Below, in pieces: positions 1-6,189 of a stretch of DNA of 64,000 nt; the first letter of the stretch is position 1; the number at the start of each line of letters is the position of its first letter. Source of the DNA: a virus; the IMG/VR virus record IMGVR_UViG_3300042542_004122, positions 8,162 through 72,161 of that record; one strand, given 5' to 3'. The position numbers were made by a program, and so were the translations under genes. The notes beneath the pieces were generated by a model. It made no database searches. It was not told where the DNA came from and saw only the letters and a list, made by a program, of their open reading frames with translations.

Positions 1-532
1 GAGTTAGCGTATTATGCGTAGGTTCATAGCCATAGTTGCAGTATTTAACAAGACGGCCTAGGATCTTATCAGAATGCTTGAGCTTGTTAATAGTTAAGGT
101 CTTAGTGTAGACATCTGAGACGGTCCAAAACCCAAAGGTGAACTCGTCTTTGTCAGGAGTGTAAGCACCCTGAGTTACCGTGAAATCGAAACTCTGGATA
201 ACATCATTTTCGTCGACGTATATCTGTTCCATTATTTGGACATCTATACCATTACCGTTAAAGGTGCGACTCCACTCAGTGTGGGCAACTTCTTTAAAAC
301 CTGAACTGATAAGAGCAGTTGCTAGCTCCGTCTTATCCTGTTGGGAAAAAGTATAGATATCAATGTCTCCATCAATATCCTTCTTACCTTCTAGGAGAGA
401 GCGAACGGCTCCACCGGCTACACAGAAATTACCGACAAAAAGAAATACAGGAAGCTTCTTAAGAAGAGAATGCTGCCAATCATAGACATGAGGCAGTCTC
501 TTAGCGATATCTTTTAGGTTAATTTTGATCAT
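1..532 (-). CDS. tRNA nucleotidyltransferase / poly(A) polymerase-like head domain (runs off window edge)
   Basis: Not in the ORF track. Hand translation from ATG at 532 gives MIKINLKD...CVAGGAVRSLLEGKKDIDGDIDIY...IQSFDFTV, i.e. the GGAVR..DxD and DFT motifs of class II nucleotidyltransferases. Confidence 0.7.
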   Translation of the reverse strand, partial: MIKINLKDIAKRLPHVYDWQHSLLKKLPVFLFVGNFCVAGGAVRSLLEGKKDIDGDIDIYTFSQQDKTELATALISSGFKEVAHTEWSRTFNGNGIDVQIMEQIYVDENDVIQSFDFTVTQGAYTPDKDEFTFGFWTVSDVYTKTLTINKLKHSDKILGRLVKYCNYGYEPTHNTLT

Positions 533-634
533 AGGCTATTATCTCATAGTAAAAGGCCCCAGTCTACAAAATTCTTAATGTAGACTAGAGCCTTCCTACG
601 TGGGTAGCGATATAATGCAGTACGAAATACTGGA

Positions 635-1312
635 TTAATCTTCACGCCGCTGACCCAGGAGTTGTAAGAGATGGATGAATATATTGATAAAGTCTAGGTA
701 GAGCGTAAGAGCCCCGAAGATGCTGCTACGAGCCTGAGAACTGAATCCATAGACTAATCCACTTGAGTAGTATTCTTCTGATAATCTTTGAGTATCATAG
801 GCAGTAAGACCTGTGAAGATTAGGACTGCTAGTACAGAGACGATCCAGCTAAGCATAGAAGAACCTAGGAACAGGTTGACTACGGATGCCACTACGATAC
901 CGATTAGGCCTATAAAGAGAAACCCTCCTAGAGAGGTTAAGTCCCTCTTAGTAGAGTATCCATAGAGGCTTGCTGCTGCGAAAACGCTAGTAGAGATTAA
1001 GAGCACTTGAACTATGCTGCCTAGGGTGAAGATTAAGAAGATTGAACTTAGGCTTAAACCCGTAGCGGTTGCATAGAGATAGAATACTAGGTGTGCAACT
1101 GTCTCAGACATCCTATCCATGAAATTTAAGGCTAAGACGAATGCTAGGGGTAGGAAAGCTAAGACGATATTAAAACTACCTAGTGTGGCTACCCAAGGAG
1201 CGGCTACCCAGGCGGTTAGCGCTGTAACTAGGAGCGCAGTGGTCATCTTGTTGTAGACGCCGATGAGATATGACCTAAGACCCTCATCTACGGTTTGTGT
1301 AATTGTATTCAT
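635..1312 (-). CDS. Bax inhibitor-1/YccA family membrane protein
   Basis: About 7 hydrophobic segments, YDTQ and GALTLYLDFINIF motifs. Start moved to MNTITQ behind a GAGGG RBS. Confidence 0.9.
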   Translation of the reverse strand: MNTITQTVDEGLRSYLIGVYNKMTTALLVTALTAWVAAPWVATLGSFNIVLAFLPLAFVLALNFMDRMSETVAHLVFYLYATATGLSLSSIFLIFTLGSIVQVLLISTSVFAAASLYGYSTKRDLTSLGGFLFIGLIGIVVASVVNLFLGSSMLSWIVSVLAVLIFTGLTAYDTQRLSEEYYSSGLVYGFSSQARSSIFGALTLYLDFINIFIHLLQLLGQRRED

Positions 1313-1343
1313 TTTTCCCTCTAACGCGTAGAGTCCGGCAGCG

Positions 1344-1505
1344 TTAGCTACCAGACTCTTCATCCTCTCTAGACATGAGCTTATCAAGATCTTCTCGGCT
1401 GATCCAAAAGATTTGGCTGTCTACCTTGACTTGAGCATAACTGTCGTCAATGTGAACAACTTGTCCTTTGTTGCCTTCTACCTTGATATCTTTAAAAATT
1501 TGCAC
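1344..1505 (-). CDS. small hypothetical protein (53 aa)
   Basis: Hand translation from GTG: MQIFKDIKVEGNKGQVVHIDDSYAQVKVDSQIFWISREDLDKLMSREDEESGS. Fills the gap between co-oriented genes. Confidence 0.55.
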   Translation of the reverse strand: MQIFKDIKVEGNKGQVVHIDDSYAQVKVDSQIFWISREDLDKLMSREDEESGS

Positions 1506-1683
1506 GTTGGTAATACCTTAGCTTCTCTTTCTGATACTCACTTAGGTTTTTATATCCCTGCATACGAAGATGCTGAGATACTTCCCACTCTGCGCGGGCC
1601 ATTTTAGCTTCTGTAAAGGCTGCGTTAACCTTTACTAGTGTTGCCCAGATAGCCTTTGCTACTCTGGTTATATACTTATACAT
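1492..1683 (-). CDS. small hypothetical protein (weakly DUF1127-like)
   Basis: AAGGAG RBS upstream; 63-aa basic helical protein. Confidence 0.6.
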   Translation of the reverse strand: MYKYITRVAKAIWATLVKVNAAFTEAKMARAEWEVSQHLRMQGYKNLSEYQKEKLRYYQRANF

Positions 1684-1698
1684 TATTACTCCTTTGTC

Positions 1699-2004
1699 TC
1701 ACCTTTCGGCTGAGACTTTCTTCCTCAAGGGAATTACCTCGTGGCAATGTTCACGATATAGTCTAGGTAGATCCCTGGGACACTCGACGTCAGCTTTCCA
1801 AACTGGGGCTAGGCGCTTAGCTTTCAAGGCTGTTGCGACTAGTCTACCCATTTCATACTGCATCTGACTAGAAAAATCTAAGAGGTCATATCCTTTAGCC
1901 CACGGGAGACCTAGATATGCGTGCTGGTAACCTATCTTAAAAGGGTAGTTACCTTTGAAATAATTTCGATCAGCTTTTACAAGCCTGACTTTACTGTTGA
2001 ACAT
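1699..2004 (-). CDS. hypothetical protein (probably leaderless)
   Basis: 101-aa ORF; ATG lies 6 nt after a TATAAT box. Confidence 0.7.
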   Translation of the reverse strand: MFNSKVRLVKADRNYFKGNYPFKIGYQHAYLGLPWAKGYDLLDFSSQMQYEMGRLVATALKAKRLAPVWKADVECPRDLPRLYREHCHEVIPLRKKVSAER

Positions 2005-2010
2005 TTTTAT

Positions 2011-2039
2011 ATTATATCTTTTTTAGGTATAATAAGCAA
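2011..2039 (-). promoter_or_regulatory. sigma70-type promoter TTGCTT-N17-TATAAT
   Basis: Read directly; the same TTGCT(A/T)-N17 architecture recurs across the window. Confidence 0.75.
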
Positions 2040-2057
2040 GAACTATATAAAAACAAA

Positions 2058-2131
2058 TGGCGACCTTAGAGAGAATTGAACTCTCGACACCTGTTAGACA
2101 GACAGGGATTTTACCACTAAACTATAAGGCC
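2058..2131 (-). tRNA. tRNA-Asp(GTC)
   Basis: Cloverleaf, anticodon arm CCTGT-CTGTCTA-ACAGG, encoded CCA. Confidence 0.9.
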
Positions 2132-2132
2132 T

Positions 2133-2208
2133 TGGTGTCCCGAGTCAGACTCGAACTGACAGAAAACGATTTTTGAGAACGTCGCGTTTACCTTTTCGCC
2201 ATCGGGAC
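2133..2208 (-). tRNA. tRNA-Leu(CAA), short variable arm
   Basis: Anticodon loop CTCAAAA, Leu-type D-arm, 3' ACCA, no long V-arm. Confidence 0.8.
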
Positions 2209-2210
2209 AT

Positions 2211-2241
2211 AAAAAAGGGACGAGATTACTCTCGTCCCCTT
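2211..2241 (-). terminator. rho-independent terminator
   Basis: GGGACGAG-AGTAAT-CTCGTCCC followed by T6 on the minus strand. Confidence 0.8.
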
Positions 2242-2261
2242 AGTATGGACTGAGAATTATC

Positions 2262-2708
2262 TCAGAACTTTAGAGCAATACCAGCGGTAACGCTCTCTCT
2301 AAGATCGTTGTTATCAACGGAGTTGACCCTACGATAACGTAGATCTAGGTCTAGAGTCTTAGTTAGTTCGGTACGAACTCCAGCTCCTAGGACATAGAGA
2401 GGCTTACTATCTAGAGACTCTAGATCAGCCCCTAGACCTACTAGAACATAGGGAGTAATCCCAGTTGTAGGAATAGTAGCCTGAGGCATTACATGACCGT
2501 AAAGGTTATGCACCTTGCTGTCGACACGATACTCATAAGCACCCTCTACACGAAGATTCTTATTTAGATCTGTTCCAACAGCTAGGCCTAGGGTATTTTC
2601 CCTAGCTCCCTCTACCTGAGTTCCTAGATTACCAGCAACATATACGTCACCAGCTAGGGCAGAACTTGCAGCTAGAGAAGCTACAAGCGCGATTACATAC
2701 TTATTCAT
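2262..2708 (-). CDS. outer-membrane beta-barrel protein (OmpA/Opa-like)
   Basis: Signal peptide, amphipathic beta strands, LRVEG, PYVLVGLG, C-terminal Phe. Confidence 0.8.
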   Translation of the reverse strand: MNKYVIALVASLAASSALAGDVYVAGNLGTQVEGARENTLGLAVGTDLNKNLRVEGAYEYRVDSKVHNLYGHVMPQATIPTTGITPYVLVGLGADLESLDSKPLYVLGAGVRTELTKTLDLDLRYRRVNSVDNNDLRESVTAGIALKF

Positions 2709-2730
2709 TTATTTTTTCTTTCTCCTGATT

Positions 2731-2805
2731 TGGAAGCCCTGACCGGATTTGCACCGGCGTTGACGCCTTGAGAGGGCGTTATCCTAACTACTAGATGACA
2801 GGGCC
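2731..2805 (-). tRNA. tRNA-Glu(CTC)
   Basis: Anticodon arm ACGCC-CTCTCAA-GGCGT, CCA end. Confidence 0.85.
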
Positions 2806-2809
2806 GTTT

Positions 2810-2901
2810 TGGTGGAGGCTACTCGACTTGCACAAGTTGTCCGGACTACCCCTACTGTTTAAGGACGCCCGTTTTACAGACGGGTGTAGGGAATAGCCTC
2901 C
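2810..2901 (-). tRNA. atypical D-armless tRNA-Tyr(GTA)-like RNA with V-loop pseudoknot
   Basis: Acceptor GGAGGCT/AGCCTCC plus ACCA; anticodon arm CCCGT-CTGTAAA-ACGGG; T-arm ACTTG-TGCAAGT-CGAGT. No D hairpin, and CCCTAC is complementary to GTAGGG in the 30-nt variable region. Confidence 0.75.
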
Positions 2902-2912
2902 ATGTTATTTAC

Positions 2913-2941
2913 ATTTTATCAAAAGCTTAACCATATAGCAA
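2913..2941 (-). promoter_or_regulatory. promoter TTGCTA-N17-TAAAAT for the Tyr-like RNA
   Basis: Read directly, just upstream of the RNA. Confidence 0.6.
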
Positions 2942-2942
2942 C

Positions 2943-3362
2943 TTATTTTTTATCTAAGTTAGACCAGTTAAGTATTTGATCTAAGGTCGTCGAGTATAAA
3001 CCATATTTTGTTACTAGTTTATGAACTCTAGGGGCGATGGTATGTCTGAATAACATCTCCTCTTTGCGACTTTTTTCGACTAGAGAATAAGGTTTACCGG
3101 CAATATAAGCTCTCGCTAATTCCGTTGCGCGAGATTCATTTCTGACATCCCATCTACGATGGGTTATCAACCCTAATCGTTTAATATGCAGACCATATAG
3201 TTCACGATGTTTTTTATATACTGTATCGGAATGAAGGTCTTCAGTTATTTGATGATAGACCTTATAGTGGTCGATCTGTTTTTTAAGCTTGCGCTCTTCT
3301 CGTTTAATAATGCTAGGCTCAAACGCAAGATGCTTAGCTTTAATTTTTAGTTCTATACTCAT
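2943..3362 (-). CDS. basic hypothetical protein, possible RNA-binding partner
   Basis: 139 aa, K/R/H-rich (LKIKAKHL...HRRWDVRNESRATELARAYIAGKPY); GAGGAG RBS. Confidence 0.85.
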   Translation of the reverse strand: MSIELKIKAKHLAFEPSIIKREERKLKKQIDHYKVYHQITEDLHSDTVYKKHRELYGLHIKRLGLITHRRWDVRNESRATELARAYIAGKPYSLVEKSRKEEMLFRHTIAPRVHKLVTKYGLYSTTLDQILNWSNLDKK

Positions 3363-3377
3363 AGAATCTCCTCTTTT

Positions 3378-3443
3378 TTATAGTTTATAGTTGGAAAAGA
3401 GAAGATTAGGAGGCCCTCTGGCCTAGGCTGTCTGCTTAAACAT
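3378..3443 (-). promoter_or_regulatory. amber-interrupted leader peptide / translational attenuator (MFKQTA*ARGPPNLLFSNYKL*)
   Basis: GAGGA RBS and ATG at 3443; in-frame TAG at 3423-3425; RGPP codons; AATCTTCTCTTTT can pair with AAAAGAGGAGATT over the downstream SD. Confidence 0.7.
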
Positions 3444-3456
3444 GTTTCCTCAAATT

Positions 3457-3530
3457 TGGTGCCTCTCAGGGGATTTGAACCCCTCTACTCCGTTTTAGAG
3501 ACGGTCGCATAGCCACTCTGCCAGAGAGAC
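3457..3530 (-). tRNA. amber suppressor tRNA (anticodon CTA)
   Basis: GTCTCTC/GAGAGGC acceptor plus ACCA, D-arm GGCAGAGTGGCTATGC, anticodon arm CCGT-CTCTAAA-ACGG, T-arm AGGGG-TTCAAAT-CCCCT. Confidence 0.85.
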
Positions 3531-3540
3531 GTATTTAAAT

Positions 3541-3616
3541 TGGCTCCCCCGGTTCGATTCGAACGAACGACATTCTGATTAACAGTCAGATGCAACTACC
3601 GCTGTGCTACAGGGGA
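3541..3616 (-). tRNA. tRNA-Asn(GTT)
   Basis: Cloverleaf, loop CTGTTAA, CCA. Confidence 0.9.
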
Positions 3617-3623
3617 ATATAAA

Positions 3624-3698
3624 TGGAGCGGACGATGGGGATCGAACCCACGACATACACGTTGGCAACGTGCAACTCTACCGCTGAGCTACGTCCGC
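3624..3698 (-). tRNA. tRNA-Gly(GCC)
   Basis: Cloverleaf, loop TTGCCAA, CCA. Confidence 0.92.
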
Positions 3699-3699
3699 A

Positions 3700-4212
3700 T
3701 TAATTTTGTGGTAAAAGAGAAGTAGGAGGACCTAAAGTAGTCTGCCCCCACCTATCTGATGGCCACATAGGAAGAACTGTTTGAGGTTTAGACTTTGCTT
3801 TAATAAGCGCAGCCATTTCCTTATATCCATCCGCAGTAGGATGAATACCGTCCTTACCTAATTTAACTGTCTCAATTAGTGTATCACTAAACATTGTTGA
3901 CAAAGATTGCACAACATAGTTAGCTTCCTTATTACAGAATATATCATTACAAGGAGGATTAATCCAAATAATATTTGAAGATTTAATCTTATCTCGTACA
4001 GATAGAATTTGCAATAACTGTTCTTGTAGAGTTAACCCTTTATCATTTGTTCCTAGGCTAACTACTACAGTAGCAGCTTTTAGATCTACATGACCGAAGG
4101 TTTTACTCCAGTTAGAACTACTAATACCAACAACACTATAATTTTTACATTCAGGATAAGCCATACTTATCCCTTTGGCAATACTATCGCCTAGAATAAT
4201 GCATTCTAACAT
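3700..4212 (-). CDS. SGNH/GDSL hydrolase
   Basis: LGDS, LGTND and DGIHP blocks. Start moved to MLEC because the track's extension overlaps tRNA-Gly. Confidence 0.85.
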   Translation of the reverse strand: MLECIILGDSIAKGISMAYPECKNYSVVGISSSNWSKTFGHVDLKAATVVVSLGTNDKGLTLQEQLLQILSVRDKIKSSNIIWINPPCNDIFCNKEANYVVQSLSTMFSDTLIETVKLGKDGIHPTADGYKEMAALIKAKSKPQTVLPMWPSDRWGQTTLGPPTSLLPQN

Positions 4213-4215
4213 AAT

Positions 4216-4289
4216 TGGAGCGGAGTACGAGATTCGAACTCGTTTAGCCAGCTTGGAAGGCTGGAGCACAACCTATATGCCAACTCCGC
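4216..4289 (-). tRNA. tRNA-Gly(TCC)
   Basis: Cloverleaf, loop CTTCCAA, CCA. Confidence 0.9.
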
Positions 4290-4298
4290 GTAATACGC

Positions 4299-4333
4299 TT
4301 AAATATGTAGTAAGATACCTACTACATATTTAA
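4299..4333. repeat. 14-bp inverted repeat between tRNAs
   Basis: TTAAATATGTAGTA-N7-TACTACATATTTAA. Confidence 0.8.
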
Positions 4334-4339
4334 AAGTAT

Positions 4340-4413
4340 TGGCTGGGGAAGATGGATTCGAACCACCGTAGACGGTACCAAAGACCGCCGTCCTACCGCT
4401 AGACGATTCCCCA
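4340..4413 (-). tRNA. tRNA-Gln(TTG)
   Basis: Cloverleaf, loop CTTTGGT, CCA. Confidence 0.9.
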
Positions 4414-4419
4414 ATAAAC

Positions 4420-4493
4420 TGGTTGACCTTTATGGACTCGAACCACAACTAGCCGGTTCAGAGCCGGATGTCCTACCATTAGACGAAAGGTCA
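4420..4493 (-). tRNA. tRNA-Gln(CTG)
   Basis: Cloverleaf, loop CTCTGAA, CCA. Confidence 0.9.
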
Positions 4494-4644
4494 ATATAGC
4501 TAGCTATCACGTCTTAGCTAGCACTGTCAGTATTTCGACTTGTCGCGACAAGTATCTGACTATTGACTGAAAAACCTTCTTTCTGGAAAATACAGCCCAA
4601 CACTATGTTGGTCTCAATAATGAAAAATAAGGTTAGTCAGTCGG

Positions 4645-4722
4645 TATACACACAAGCGTGACTCCAACACGCATTTTCGAGTTAAAGGCTCGACGTCCTA
4701 TGGTTAGACGACAGTGTGTATA
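4645..4722 (-). ncRNA. degenerate tRNA-like element (loop CCTTTAA, no CCA)
   Basis: Gln-like D-arm, TCGAG/CTCGA anticodon stem, GCGTG/CACGC T-stem, extended TATACACAC/GTGTGTATA stem. Confidence 0.5.
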
Positions 4723-4723
4723 T

Positions 4724-4798
4724 TGGTGGACCCTAAGAGATTTGAACTCTTAACCCCCGCCGTGCAAAGGCGATGCTCTCCCGTTGAGCTAAGGGCCC
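4724..4798 (-). tRNA. tRNA-Ala(TGC)
   Basis: Cloverleaf with G3:U70, loop TTTGCAC, CCA. Confidence 0.92.
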
Positions 4799-4804
4799 TT
4801 TATA

Positions 4805-4944
4805 TTAGAACGATTCTGAGTAGAATAGGCCGGCTCAGACTAGGCGCTAGATCCGCGCATACCGCGGTGGAGGTGGAGGTGGGTGGGTATGCGATCGTTC
4901 AACTGTATTGCTGAACCTCACGTATCGGTTCGAATGTCTTCTAG
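4805..4944 (-). ncRNA. candidate structured sRNA with anti-Shine-Dalgarno loop
   Basis: Several hairpins, including GCATACC-(CACCCACCTCCACCTCCACCGC)-GGTATGC; no convincing ORF. Confidence 0.5.
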
Positions 4945-4990
4945 AATTACGACTTTGGGCTTAAGGGCTAGTATCTAGATAGAACGTAGA

Positions 4991-5155
4991 TCAGTGCTGG
5001 AACTGAGGGCGGTGACGCACCAGGGTGCACTTGTAATGGACGGGTCGAGACTCCTCTAGAGCGTAGACCTTATCGAGAAACAGCTGAGCCTCGGCGAGGC
5101 TATCAAACTTACGGAGCTGCTTCATATTCTTAATTGTATCTGCAATCTTCATCAT
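4991..5155 (-). CDS. small hypothetical protein (54 aa, leaderless)
   Basis: MMKIADTIKNMKQLRKFDSLAEAQLFLDKVY...; ATG 6 nt after TTGCTA-N17-TATAAT (5162-5190). Confidence 0.55.
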   Translation of the reverse strand: MMKIADTIKNMKQLRKFDSLAEAQLFLDKVYALEESRPVHYKCTLVRHRPQFQH

Positions 5156-5199
5156 GTATACATTATACGAAACTTTTGGGTAGATAGCAAATTTATTGT

Positions 5200-5364
5200 T
5201 TAATTGTGCCGGACTGCTACTACACCGGCTTTCATCTCATAGCCATTAATTTTCTTAGCGGGCCAAGGACGAAAACGTCTCCATTTAGGATTTTTTAGAT
5301 CCTGCGTAGATGCGTAATATTCTTTAGGGAACTTTTTTAGTTGAATAACTGTTTCTTCGGTCAT
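5200..5364 (-). CDS. small hypothetical protein (54 aa)
   Basis: Hand translation MTEETVIQLKKFPKEYY...; start overlaps the upstream stop. Confidence 0.5.
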   Translation of the reverse strand: MTEETVIQLKKFPKEYYASTQDLKNPKWRRFRPWPAKKINGYEMKAGVVAVRHN

Positions 5365-5591
5365 TAGATTCCAATCACTTTATTAGCCATTTCTCTTGCC
5401 TTTTGGCGGTGTAGGCTTATATCACTGCCAAGATATACATAATTAGACTTATGCATAGGCATAATCTGTTTACTACGAGCTTGCGCTTTTAAGCGAGCTT
5501 GATGTTCTCCGCAACTAAGACAAATAGTTATCCCGAGAGCAAATCTGCCCTCGGGATATTCATCTCCACAATCTTCGCAATATGCAATCAT
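5364..5591 (-). CDS. DksA/TraR-type C4 zinc-finger protein
   Basis: CEDCGDEYPEGR...ICLSC motif. Confidence 0.75.
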   Translation of the reverse strand: MIAYCEDCGDEYPEGRFALGITICLSCGEHQARLKAQARSKQIMPMHKSNYVYLGSDISLHRQKAREMANKVIGI

Positions 5592-5631
5592 AAATATATT
5601 ATAGTATATTTAAGACTAATCATCAAAAAGA

Positions 5632-5835
5632 TTACTTAAATTTTTCGTATGAATAATCACTTACAGTCACATCGTAAGGTTTAGTGCTAACAACACCAAC
5701 TTCTTCTGAGTGACCTATGGCTTTAAGGAAGTCGTTAAACTTATCTACCATGTAACCAAGATTAGGAGATCTAAAAGATAAGGTGATTTCGTTGTCGTCA
5801 TCGTCTGAATAGTTAAAATTAATTCTAGGGTTCAT
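5632..5835 (-). CDS. hypothetical protein
   Basis: 67-aa ORF in a co-oriented run. Confidence 0.65.
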   Translation of the reverse strand: MNPRINFNYSDDDDNEITLSFRSPNLGYMVDKFNDFLKAIGHSEEVGVVSTKPYDVTVSDYSYEKFK

Positions 5836-6113
5836 GGTAGCTCTTCTATAGTAGTAAAACCACTTCTCATTACTTGTTCATCGTTCCAATTCTTTAGATA
5901 ATCATTATCTTCCTTAAAGAGCTTAATAGCATCTTTTTTAGAGATAACCCTAGAAGATGTTATAACATCTCCTAAGTGTTTTTGAGAAAATTCTTTTGCT
6001 TGTTCCATAGTTACAGTATCTTCTGCCCAAGAAGTTTTACCTTCTGGTACTTCTACTAGATATCTCATGCGATGTTGAGATATTGTTTCAACAAGTATAA
6101 ATTCAGTTTTCAT
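5832..6113 (-). CDS. hypothetical phage protein
   Basis: 93-aa ORF with a leaderless-type promoter upstream. Confidence 0.75.
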   Translation of the reverse strand: MKTEFILVETISQHRMRYLVEVPEGKTSWAEDTVTMEQAKEFSQKHLGDVITSSRVISKKDAIKLFKEDNDYLKNWNDEQVMRSGFTTIEELP

Positions 6114-6189
6114 ATAATAATGATATCAAAAAAATAAACAGCTAGCTATTAAAAAATAGCTAGCTGTTGTATCAAGTGGTAATTAATTT

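Noticed and set aside
4676-4692. Ochre (TTA) suppressor reading of the degenerate tRNA
   Set aside because: With the 5-bp stem the 7-nt loop CCTTTAA centres on TTT, and the element lacks CCA.
4714-4914. Plus-strand 66-aa ORF
   Set aside because: Antisense to tRNA-Ala and the structured RNA in a minus-strand region.
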